From IMG/VR virus record IMGVR_UViG_3300029552_000001: DNA of 64,000 nt; one strand, 5' to 3'. The stretch comes from a virus. This document shows, piece after piece, positions 43,638 through 51,168 of the stretch. Every line of letters begins with the position of its first letter. Position 1 is the first letter of the stretch. The notes beneath the pieces were generated by a model. That model was not told where the DNA came from. It saw nothing but the letters and a program-made list of their open reading frames with translations, and searched no databases. A program made the position numbers and the translations under genes.

Positions 43638-44324
43638 TTAATCTATATTATTGTTAAACAAAGGATAATCTTTTATTCCTTCACGAATATATCTTTCCGT
43701 ATCATCATCCACGCCATAAGCCTTCTTGAAAAATATCATAGCCTTATCCGTATCATTATCCACCAGTGGTAGATATTCCCTTGCAAAAAGCGACCTAAGA
43801 TAGTTCATATTATCAATCCTATGTCTTATATCGGCTACTTTATCCCATATCTCGACCCGAATTTTACTCATTTTCTTCATATTTCTCTCATATCTCTCTA
43901 GCTGGTCTTTATATTCCGCCTCAATCTTATCGTTCTTATCCTTGATAGACTTATAGGTCTCCTCGTCTTTCGTATCAAACATCGGAGTATGTTTGATATT
44001 AATTATATCCAATTTGCTGTATAGCTTTTCATTGGATACGGTGAAATCATATCTAGTCCTGTACAGATCAAAGTCACTTAAGAACTTAGCTATTTTAATA
44101 GCATCATCCTGATCAAGAACGGCTATATTCAATCCTTCTAAATAGTAGAAGAAATGGGATGGAGAAATAGGTTTACAGTCATATGTCCTCATGATTGGAG
44201 GCTCATCCATAAACCTGACACCTTCCTCCGCACATCTTATTACGATCAATTTCTCTACCTGCTCATCAGTAAGATCATATATCTCCTGATCGGTCATCTT
44301 ATCAATTGTCTTCATCATCCTCAT
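43638..44324 (-). CDS. hypothetical protein
   Basis: 228-aa ORF. No motif recognised. Confidence 0.55.
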   Translation of the reverse strand: MRMMKTIDKMTDQEIYDLTDEQVEKLIVIRCAEEGVRFMDEPPIMRTYDCKPISPSHFFYYLEGLNIAVLDQDDAIKIAKFLSDFDLYRTRYDFTVSNEKLYSKLDIINIKHTPMFDTKDEETYKSIKDKNDKIEAEYKDQLERYERNMKKMSKIRVEIWDKVADIRHRIDNMNYLRSLFAREYLPLVDNDTDKAMIFFKKAYGVDDDTERYIREGIKDYPLFNNNID

Positions 44325-44583
44325 CCTCCGATATCGTTACAGCCTTTGTAAACTTTTGTTTATAGACCTCACCCATAAGGCAGGCGAAATCCCTATCATC
44401 CATACTAGCCATAGTATTGGCCTCTACAATAAGACTCATCTCGATGTTCTTTACCAAGATTTCATAGTTATCATCATCTTCTTTATAGAAAATGACTTTA
44501 CCACCATACTCGAAACCATCATCCCCGGTCTTAACCATATCGATGATCCTCTCTAACTCCTTTACAAATTTACTCTTTTTCAT
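44302..44583 (-). CDS. hypothetical protein
   Basis: 93-aa ORF, the first gene after the promoter/terminator pair. Confidence 0.5.
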   Translation of the reverse strand: MKKSKFVKELERIIDMVKTGDDGFEYGGKVIFYKEDDDNYEILVKNIEMSLIVEANTMASMDDRDFACLMGEVYKQKFTKAVTISEDEDDEDN

Positions 44584-44605
44584 ATGTGTAATTTTTATGT
44601 GTCTA

Positions 44606-44613
44606 CAAAAGTA
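44606..44613 (-). promoter_or_regulatory. TAnnTTTG box (TACTTTTG on the - strand)
   Basis: 22 nt upstream of the ATG at 44583. Confidence 0.5.
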
Positions 44614-44667
44614 GGCATTTTGTTTTTGAATTAAATTAAATAAACATTATTAATAGTTAATACGCTT

Positions 44668-44720
44668 AGGTGATTATATACCATTTTACACTAAAATCGT
44701 AAAATGGTATATAATCACCT
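44668..44720 (-). terminator. 22-bp perfect inverted repeat (terminator or operator/origin-like element)
   Basis: AGGTGATTATATACCATTTTAC - 9 nt - GTAAAATGGTATATAATCACCT. This is the longest perfect hairpin seen in the window. Confidence 0.55.
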
Positions 44721-44956
44721 TATCCTCCATATATCTTAAGCCCTTTTATATTGTATTTGCTTATATCCATACACAAATTACACCCTCCATGACAACAACA
44801 CCACGAGCAAAAGGCTAGTCGCTCCTGCTCCGGCCTACCTTGAAACTCCACTGCCGCCCTATACCATGCCGGGGATAATACCCTGACCTTCTCCGGTACG
44901 GGCGGTGTCATGAGCACCGATCGCCGCCTTCCTTTGGCATCCTCCCTACCTCTCAT
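44720..44956 (-). CDS. doubtful small Arg- and Cys-rich ORF within a GC-rich island
   Basis: 78 aa with FCSWCCCHGGCNLC. No SD or promoter box. It overlaps the upstream stop. Its composition differs from neighbouring genes. Confidence 0.3.
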   Translation of the reverse strand: MRGREDAKGRRRSVLMTPPVPEKVRVLSPAWYRAAVEFQGRPEQERLAFCSWCCCHGGCNLCMDISKYNIKGLKIYGG

Positions 44957-45431
44957 CTGGATTATCTTTTAACAGTTCAGCTATCTTCTCATCCTTCAAC
45001 ATATTTTGCTTTCTCATGCTATCTACAACAAAGGCAGCGAACGCCATATCATACCTTTTCCTTAACTCATTGACAAAAGATTTGGCTTTTGATTCTACCA
45101 TTGTCTCGATGTTGCTGTCTACAACTTTCTTCATCCTGCCTCTTATAAACTCGTCTACTGTCAACTCCTCATCCATATAATCTAACCTGAACCTATATTT
45201 CTTCTCGCTGGCGTTCTCGACAAGATCGTTCATTGATTCTCTCGCTATATCCTCAATCTTCTCTGATATCGGATTGGATATTTCTCTCATCAACTCATTC
45301 TTGAACTTTTCTTTAAGTTCATGTATTATAGCTAACCTGACCGAGCTGGTAAACCCCTCTTTCAACGTCGCTTCATTGTACATAGCTTCCTCGAATACAT
45401 CTTCCAAATTTAATTCTACTTGAATTTTCAT
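44946..45431 (-). CDS. hypothetical protein
   Basis: 161-aa ORF. No motif recognised. Confidence 0.55.
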   Translation of the reverse strand: MKIQVELNLEDVFEEAMYNEATLKEGFTSSVRLAIIHELKEKFKNELMREISNPISEKIEDIARESMNDLVENASEKKYRFRLDYMDEELTVDEFIRGRMKKVVDSNIETMVESKAKSFVNELRKRYDMAFAAFVVDSMRKQNMLKDEKIAELLKDNPDER

Positions 45432-45483
45432 ATCATTATATTTTAATAAATTATAAATTTTTTAGGCATATAATTATCATGTA

Positions 45484-45852
45484 TTATTTCCCCTCATCTT
45501 TTAATATTAATTTCTTCCCGATCTTTTTAATTTTTGTCGGTCTTGATAATCGATAGTCTCTTTCTATCGGTCTATTAAGTACATCATCCTTGTGCCCCTT
45601 GTATCCTTTCTCGTAAGCACTAACCCTTGCGCAAAACTCAACCACATCGCCTGGCGATAAATCAGCACCACTAAATCCTTTTGTTAAATCGAACCACAAA
45701 TGATCTGATACTATTTTGCTATCAAGTGTCACATCTTGTAAAAGCATCGTTTTTACAGGTCCAATGTATCCATTCCTAAATCCCAATCTAACAAAGGTTG
45801 CTGTAAACACATGGCGTCCTTTTGATCCTATTGTTCTCAACTCTTCTCTCAT
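45484..45852 (-). CDS. hypothetical protein
   Basis: 122-aa ORF. No named domain recognised. Confidence 0.55.
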   Translation of the reverse strand: MREELRTIGSKGRHVFTATFVRLGFRNGYIGPVKTMLLQDVTLDSKIVSDHLWFDLTKGFSGADLSPGDVVEFCARVSAYEKGYKGHKDDVLNRPIERDYRLSRPTKIKKIGKKLILKDEGK

Positions 45853-45860
45853 CTCCTTTC

Positions 45861-46658
45861 TTATTTTTTATTCATAAAACCAGTAATTTTCTTCAAATAC
45901 CCTTTTGTCATCTCAATAAAGTTCACGCAATCCAGCTTGCTCAACTTGTAAATCAAAGCCGGGTTATGAATTACGGCTATAATTTGTGTTTGCGGTTTAT
46001 GAAATGACAATACTTTGTACAGATCCATGATATTGTCAATATCTAAATTCCTGTCCGGCTCATCCATAATGATTGTATACTCAAAATCCTTCTCCATTAA
46101 TACCACATGATTGTCTTTGTAGTATTTTAAAAGATTGTCGATCCTGTTTGCCCAGAACTCATTTGACTTTTTCTTAAATTCCATAAGTTTCTGTATCGGA
46201 AACGCATACTCATCTTGGTTAAACACAAAATCAAAAAGCGAGTTCATGGCATGAAGGTTCTTCTCCCCAGAGGACCTAGATGCTCCATTCATATACAAAC
46301 TTAAATTATTGATATTATCCAATATATCATCCTTTCTCATTTCAGTTTGCTGTAGGAGATGGAATACCTTCCCGATATAATCCGACTTAATACTGATCCC
46401 GTCAAGCACCTTGTCATCATCAAATATATCCGGGAAATACAATGCTTCTGACGGTAATTCAGAACACATCTTTTTCTCGCACAACATGTACTTCGATATC
46501 ATATTCAGGAGGGTTGATTTCCCGCTCCCGTTCTTGCCTACAATCACATTCACGCCGGGCTTGAATATAAACTCAGAGCCATTTTTGAACGCTTTTATCT
46601 TTTGGATATATTTAAATGGAGTCTTCTTGTTGTCGTCTATCCTTATAGAAGTTATCAT
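45861..46658 (-). CDS. stand-alone ABC/AAA_21-type ATPase
   Basis: 265 aa with GKNGSGKSTLLN (Walker A), RSSGEK (signature-like), IIMDEPDRNLD (Walker B / D-loop) and AVIHNP (H-loop). Confidence 0.78.
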   Translation of the reverse strand: MITSIRIDDNKKTPFKYIQKIKAFKNGSEFIFKPGVNVIVGKNGSGKSTLLNMISKYMLCEKKMCSELPSEALYFPDIFDDDKVLDGISIKSDYIGKVFHLLQQTEMRKDDILDNINNLSLYMNGASRSSGEKNLHAMNSLFDFVFNQDEYAFPIQKLMEFKKKSNEFWANRIDNLLKYYKDNHVVLMEKDFEYTIIMDEPDRNLDIDNIMDLYKVLSFHKPQTQIIAVIHNPALIYKLSKLDCVNFIEMTKGYLKKITGFMNKK

Positions 46659-46679
46659 CTTATATGATTTTGTGTTGAA

Positions 46680-46919
46680 TTATTTAAGCCTTTCATTAAT
46701 TGCCAAATCAAATATCTTATCAAGACATTTCCTCATCTCCGCCGCCCCGATGATCGCCTTTCGATTCCCGAACGAGAGCCACGAAGTAATGAACCCACTG
46801 ACCTCCGCGTCCCGCCCGGAATACCGCCTTGGGAACTGGACGGGATCGCTGGCAATAAAGTCGGCGGTTTCGTATTTGTCCGCCATGCATTTCGGCATGT
46901 CTACAAATTTGTCATTCAT
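46680..46919 (-). CDS. N-terminal fragment of a TIGR02757/DUF2400-family protein
   Basis: 79 aa. FIASDPVQFPRRYSGRDAEVSGFITSWLSFGNRKAIIGAAEM fits the recalled N-terminal pattern of proteins that are normally about 250 aa. Confidence 0.5.
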   Translation of the reverse strand: MNDKFVDMPKCMADKYETADFIASDPVQFPRRYSGRDAEVSGFITSWLSFGNRKAIIGAAEMRKCLDKIFDLAINERLK

Positions 46920-46922
46920 TGT

Positions 46923-47696
46923 TTATCCCTTCATTTGTTCGCATGCCAATCTTTCAAGTTCCGGTGTAACGTTGGTATTCATTATGCCTTTCAAGCAAGG
47001 GCATTGTCGCCAGACTATATCATAAATCTTTGACAATTCAATCAAAGCCTCATTGTTTGATTCAACTGTCATAATCCAATTGTCCGGCGATATCTCTATC
47101 TCCCTGCATGGTATTTCTTTCTTGCCTTTTGGCATATATCCGTTCTGATAGTCTTTTACATTACATCTACCAAAATATCTTCCAGTGAGTATTCCGTTTT
47201 CGTCCGTCTCAAACAACCCTCCTATCCATCCTATCTTATGGATGTTCTCCGTCCACGTTCGAGTGGCGAATAAAAACTTTTTTACAGGAACTTTTGAAAA
47301 TGCATCAACATCATGGATACTCCCGTCCGGCTCTTTGAATATCGATGATTTTCTTTTATTCTGGCAACTCCCGTCTAAGCCTATTTTTTCCCATTCGCCA
47401 TCGTCAAATCTCAAAGGAGAGATTATATCAAAACTGCAAAGTTTCTTGACGAGATTGATTTCAAATGGTGCCGAGAATCCGCTGTTACCATGAGAAGAGA
47501 ACAGCGCGACAGCTTCTATTACCTGTTCGCGCATCCATTTGTTAGGACCGTCCTCTTCTTTGCTATATCCGGCTAATTCCAATTCTCTTATCGCATGTTT
47601 ACATAAATTACTGTTTGCGATAATATACCGAAGAGCCTTCTTGTTGATAAGGCTCTTCTTGCTCATTTTCTTTACAATTCTTCTACTCTTTTTCAT
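46923..47696 (-). CDS. hypothetical protein
   Basis: 257-aa ORF. Its last 12 codons lie in the 36-bp repeat copy A. Confidence 0.55.
   Translation of the reverse strand: MKKSRRIVKKMSKKSLINKKALRYIIANSNLCKHAIRELELAGYSKEEDGPNKWMREQVIEAVALFSSHGNSGFSAPFEINLVKKLCSFDIISPLRFDDGEWEKIGLDGSCQNKRKSSIFKEPDGSIHDVDAFSKVPVKKFLFATRTWTENIHKIGWIGGLFETDENGILTGRYFGRCNVKDYQNGYMPKGKKEIPCREIEISPDNWIMTVESNNEALIELSKIYDIVWRQCPCLKGIMNTNVTPELERLACEQMKG
46929..46964. repeat. 36-bp direct repeat, copy A
   Basis: CTTCATTTGTTCGCATGCCAATCTTTCAAGTTCCGG matches 52468..52503 at 35 of 36 positions. Confidence 0.9.
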
Positions 47697-47736
47697 GTTT
47701 AATGTTATTTAATGTTTTAATCACCAATCTCCTCTA

Positions 47737-47871
47737 TCATTCGTATTGTGCCATGACCATCTGTTTCGCGAAATCTTTGTACGCCACTATTTTTCGCAGG
47801 TTTGCTCGCATTCGTATTTCCCCGATACCGCCGACCGGAGACAAGGCGCCTGTATTAACACCTCTTCCCAT
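47737..47871 (-). CDS. small hypothetical protein (44 aa, below the track cutoff)
   Basis: AAGGAGG lies 7 nt upstream of the ATG. Sequence MGRGVNTGALSPVGGIGEIRMRANLRKIVAYKDFAKQMVMAQYE. It fills an otherwise empty GC-rich gap. Confidence 0.4.
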   Translation of the reverse strand: MGRGVNTGALSPVGGIGEIRMRANLRKIVAYKDFAKQMVMAQYE

Positions 47872-47904
47872 GTTTATTCCTCCTTGTTATATAATTGCTT
47901 GTTT

Positions 47905-48321
47905 TTATATTCCAACATCCTTCCCATCCTCTTTAACCCAATTAACTGTATCGCAATACCAACAATACCCTGTCTTGGAATCCTTTTTATGAGAATGGGA
48001 TCCACATGTGGCGCACCAATAATTATCATCCATATTGTATGTATAACTTTCATCCTCATGCATTTTGGCTATTCTAGCTACCCTATCCTCCAGCAGATCC
48101 TTTAGATAATGGCATTCGTAAGGTCTATCCTCTTCCTTTAATATATAAATATCGATATCCATCATGCTCCCCATCCTGTCCGTACACATACACTCGGCGG
48201 CATGGCGCACGTTCCCTTCCGGCATCCCCGGAACTATCTCCCGGATCACCGCCTCCATCTTCTCTTGGTATTCGGTGTCTACCTTGACCACCAAATCCTC
48301 TAATTTATCTATTAAACTCAT
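47905..48321 (-). CDS. hypothetical protein with C-terminal Cys pairs
   Basis: 138 aa with CATCGSHSH...CWYC. Confidence 0.55.
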   Translation of the reverse strand: MSLIDKLEDLVVKVDTEYQEKMEAVIREIVPGMPEGNVRHAAECMCTDRMGSMMDIDIYILKEEDRPYECHYLKDLLEDRVARIAKMHEDESYTYNMDDNYWCATCGSHSHKKDSKTGYCWYCDTVNWVKEDGKDVGI

Positions 48322-48758
48322 GATCTTTTTACTTCTTTGTATATGACATCTGTATTGTCTTCCCTATCTATATTGCAACAACAAGAATACATGCAGTAAT
48401 AACCCCTGTTATTAAATACACATCCATCACAACTGCTATCATCAATCTCTATTACCTCCAATTCTATTTTCTCCATGCCGGTATTATATTTAAATATACT
48501 ACCTATCTTATGATATCCTATATCCTTCAAATACCTTATATGATTATTTTCGTTAAATAATCGGTTGATAAATACATCCATTTTATCGTTTAGACCATTT
48601 TTATCTAATAACCCCTCGCACTCATTTTTATTAAATCCAAAGGATATCATAAAATATTTTGCCATATCAAACCTTTCCAGTTCCACCAATTTTTGTATGC
48701 ATAGCCATATTCCTTGTCTTATGCCTTCTTCTTTGGCTTCTTGCACTCTATCTCCCAT
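48318..48758 (-). CDS. Cys-rich domain protein (C-x-G-C-x-F family, paralog 3)
   Basis: 146 aa with KIGSIFKYNTGMEKIELEVIEIDDSSCDGCVFNNRGYYC. The N-terminal half is paralogous to 49065..49550. Confidence 0.6.
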   Translation of the reverse strand: MGDRVQEAKEEGIRQGIWLCIQKLVELERFDMAKYFMISFGFNKNECEGLLDKNGLNDKMDVFINRLFNENNHIRYLKDIGYHKIGSIFKYNTGMEKIELEVIEIDDSSCDGCVFNNRGYYCMYSCCCNIDREDNTDVIYKEVKRS

Positions 48759-48769
48759 ATTATTTTGTA

Positions 48770-49051
48770 TTAATTAAGTAACAATATTTCTCTTCGCTCT
48801 ATTTTGATCATTGATGGATTATCGTCATGATCATACCAATATAGATACCATATACCTCCTCTATTGGCCTTCCACATCTTCCCTTCATATTCCCCCGATG
48901 GGATCGTTACTGAATATTCTCTAAGACCCTCAAAGGTTTGTTTGGTCATTAAAGCGTATTCCTCATCAATTTCTATGTATCTCCTATGGGGCTGTTTCCA
49001 TAACATCCCACGTTTGTCTGTTATCTTAGGTATTATATTCTCTCCATTCAT
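48770..49051 (-). CDS. hypothetical protein
   Basis: 93-aa ORF. No motif recognised. Confidence 0.5.
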   Translation of the reverse strand: MNGENIIPKITDKRGMLWKQPHRRYIEIDEEYALMTKQTFEGLREYSVTIPSGEYEGKMWKANRGGIWYLYWYDHDDNPSMIKIERREILLLN

Positions 49052-49064
49052 GATGCTTTGTAAA

Positions 49065-49550
49065 TTATGTATTAACTATTGTATATCTAACACTCTCCCC
49101 ATCTTCCCTTTCGCATCCCAAGCAACCTGATTTTACGCAATCATATATATAATTTTCAAAAGCGCATCCCGAACATCTATCACACTTATCTACTCTTAAT
49201 GTCATTTCAGACATACCAACTTTATAGTTAAAGACTTCCCCTATTTTATGATACTTAATATTTATACATATAGTATCGTTTTCACTTATAGTACTGCCTT
49301 CACTTATCATATTCTCACGTCCAAACATATTGTCAATAAACTTAATCATCTCATCATTGAATGATTCGCTTTCTTCTTGCAGCTTCCTACATTCATCCTC
49401 GGTCAATCCACAAGAAGATACCAGCTCCTCTGCGGCTTGCGTCCATCGCCCGTCGTGAGCCAGCTCCTGAACCGACAGCCATACCCCTTGGTTCATGCCC
49501 TCCATTCTTGCCTTATCTAAAATACCCTTATCCTCCATATCCTCGATCAT
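49065..49550 (-). CDS. Cys-rich domain protein (C-x-G-C-x-F family, paralog 4)
   Basis: 161 aa with KIGEVFNYKVGMSEMTLRVDKCDRCSGCAFENYIYDC. Confidence 0.6.
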   Translation of the reverse strand: MIEDMEDKGILDKARMEGMNQGVWLSVQELAHDGRWTQAAEELVSSCGLTEDECRKLQEESESFNDEMIKFIDNMFGRENMISEGSTISENDTICINIKYHKIGEVFNYKVGMSEMTLRVDKCDRCSGCAFENYIYDCVKSGCLGCEREDGESVRYTIVNT

Positions 49551-49779
49551 TTAAATTCTTGTTTATTATAACAATCTCTATATCGTTTAACGTCTTATCT
49601 TTTAATATTTTTTCTACTGTTCTTGGAATGACATTAAAATCTTTATTGCTAAGCTTATTATCCACCATAATCTCAATCAACTGCTCTATGGTAAGCCCAA
49701 GCTCATTATGGATATAATTCTTTATCGCTTTATATTCCTTACTTCTGCTCATAATCAATCTCCTTTCTCTTAAATTCAC
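49528..49779 (-). CDS. hypothetical protein
   Basis: 83-aa ORF. The start is uncertain because of overlaps. Confidence 0.45.
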   Translation of the reverse strand: MNLRERRLIMSRSKEYKAIKNYIHNELGLTIEQLIEIMVDNKLSNKDFNVIPRTVEKILKDKTLNDIEIVIINKNLNDRGYGG

Positions 49780-50152
49780 CTATGTTTAATATCCCTCTAT
49801 CTCCTTCAAGTGCTAAAGAGATCGGAGGTATTGGCATATATAATTTAACTACCCCGTCATCGTAAAATGGATGCGGATATTTATGATACTTGGCAAATTT
49901 GCTCCAGCCTTTAAAGAAGTAAGCCATGGAAATACTTTCTCCATCAGTGACAAGATAATAATCATCTACATCCGGTAGCCCATCGCTTATTTTTATCCAC
50001 GGTGATTGCTTTGACCGCCATTCGGCACCGGATTTAAAACCAGAAGCAATCATCTCTTTAATGGCAGAAATGCCGTTCGGTACTCCATTTGTTCCAAACG
50101 AACTAATAACCGATCCTGCGTATTCAATCGCTACTTCTACTGTCTGTTTCAT
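49739..50152 (-). CDS. hypothetical protein with a DUF551-like C-terminal pattern
   Basis: 137 aa. SPWIKISDGLPDVDDYYLVTDG ... VKLYMPIPP resembles DUF551 (W..v.d.lP ... WmPlP), recalled from memory. Confidence 0.5.
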   Translation of the reverse strand: MKQTVEVAIEYAGSVISSFGTNGVPNGISAIKEMIASGFKSGAEWRSKQSPWIKISDGLPDVDDYYLVTDGESISMAYFFKGWSKFAKYHKYPHPFYDDGVVKLYMPIPPISLALEGDRGILNIGEFKRKEIDYEQK

Positions 50153-50391
50153 AATTCCCCTCTTGCTTTAAGTCTTTTGATTGCATCTTTTCTTGAGTAT
50201 GCACAGATCTTTTTTCCTTTAATCGTGAATTCTTTCAACTCTCTAGAAGTCGATGGGCGTCGATAATCAGGATTGAATCTCATCCCTTCATTTGACAATC
50301 TCTGATTAGAATAAATATTTTTATCGGCAGTCATCGTACTTTCCATAGCTAACATTGCTAATGTTTTGAGCATACTTCTTTTTAAACTCAT
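50149..50391 (-). CDS. hypothetical protein
   Basis: 80-aa ORF, the first gene of the leftward run that begins at the large non-coding region. Confidence 0.5.
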   Translation of the reverse strand: MSLKRSMLKTLAMLAMESTMTADKNIYSNQRLSNEGMRFNPDYRRPSTSRELKEFTIKGKKICAYSRKDAIKRLKARGEL

Positions 50392-50569
50392 TTGATTTCT
50401 ATATTTTTAAATGTTATTAAATCTTTTCTTTTTTTGATCTTGAAGAAGTTCACATTTTTGATCTTACTACATTCTATGAACCTTTCTAAACCTTATTTAT
50501 TGTTTTGAGATTGTTTACCTTTCTCAAAACAATTTCTTATCTTTCAATCTTCTTTTGCTTAGATCCCCT

Positions 50570-50686
50570 TTATATATTATAAGGTGATTGAGTCTCTTGA
50601 TAGACATAACCTGTTACCGGAGACTTTACCGCTGCGCAACTTGATAACAAGAATGCCGTACTGATAAATAAGAATGCTTTTTTCAT
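50570..50686 (-). CDS. 38-aa putative lipoprotein (below the track cutoff)
   Basis: MKKAFLFISTAFLLSSC|AAVKSPVTGYVYQETQSPYNI has a classic signal peptide plus a lipobox-like LSSC. It looks more protein-like than the overlapping 76-aa track ORF. Confidence 0.45.
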   Translation of the reverse strand: MKKAFLFISTAFLLSSCAAVKSPVTGYVYQETQSPYNI

Positions 50687-50745
50687 TGTGTGTTTGTTTT
50701 TGCCCTCCCTGTCCCCTTCGTTCGGTGGTTTCTAAATATAAAGAA

Positions 50746-50982
50746 GCGTGGGGACTATTGGATGTTACCGTATCTGAGGCTCTGGACTGCCCACCACTCA
50801 ATAACAAACAACAGCCCCACGCCTTATGATTGTATATAGTTTGCCCCTAGAGGTATAAATATAACAACATAGGCGTAGGAGGCATCTTTGTCTATCATCC
50901 CGAGTGGTTGAAATTGTCCAGATTTCAAATACGAGATAATATCTTAACGCTTCTACGTCTTTATTCTAATACGTGGGGCAAA
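50746..50982. promoter_or_regulatory. cluster of CGTGGGG motifs and long-range complementary 8-mers (candidate iteron/operator or structured RNA)
   Basis: GCGTGGGG at 50746-50753, inverted CCCCACGC at 50815-50822, CGTGGGGC at 50972-50979. TTTGCCCC at 50840-50847 is complementary to GGGGCAAA at 50975-50982. Hairpin TTGAAAT/ATTTCAA at 50908-50928. Confidence 0.4.
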
Positions 50983-51048
50983 AATAGGTAAATTACATCT
51001 CTGTAATATATTAATATGCTTTAATATAAATGAATAAATAATAACTCA

Positions 51049-51067
51049 AATAGGCTTTTCGCCTATT
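51049..51067. other. hairpin AATAGGC-TTTTC-GCCTATT
   Basis: Perfect 7-bp stem located upstream of the promoter of the rightward cassette. Confidence 0.4.
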
Positions 51068-51137
51068 ATATCTCTACACTTGTCTACATTATGATAATAT
51101 TTGTTTATTTGCTACTTGATATATATCTGTTTTATCG

Positions 51138-51145
51138 TACTTTTG
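51138..51145 (+). promoter_or_regulatory. TAnnTTTG box (TACTTTTG)
   Basis: 23 nt upstream of the ATG at 51169. Confidence 0.5.
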
Positions 51146-51168
51146 TTTACTAATAAAAGACTATTGTT

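Noticed and set aside
46411-47025. 204-aa + strand ORF opposite the ATPase, the DUF2400 fragment and the next gene
   Set aside because: It crosses two gene boundaries on the opposite strand and is hydrophobic and low-complexity, with no promoter box. The sense-strand genes have clear motifs. The same reasoning applies to 29281..29796, 32090..32560, 35887..36357 and 14859..15215.
50577-50807. 76-aa - strand ORF in the large non-coding region
   Set aside because: The sequence (…GGQSRASDTVTSNSPHASLYLETTERRGQGGQKQTH…) is not protein-like. The overlapping 38-aa lipoprotein-like frame is more plausible, so the remainder is treated as non-coding.
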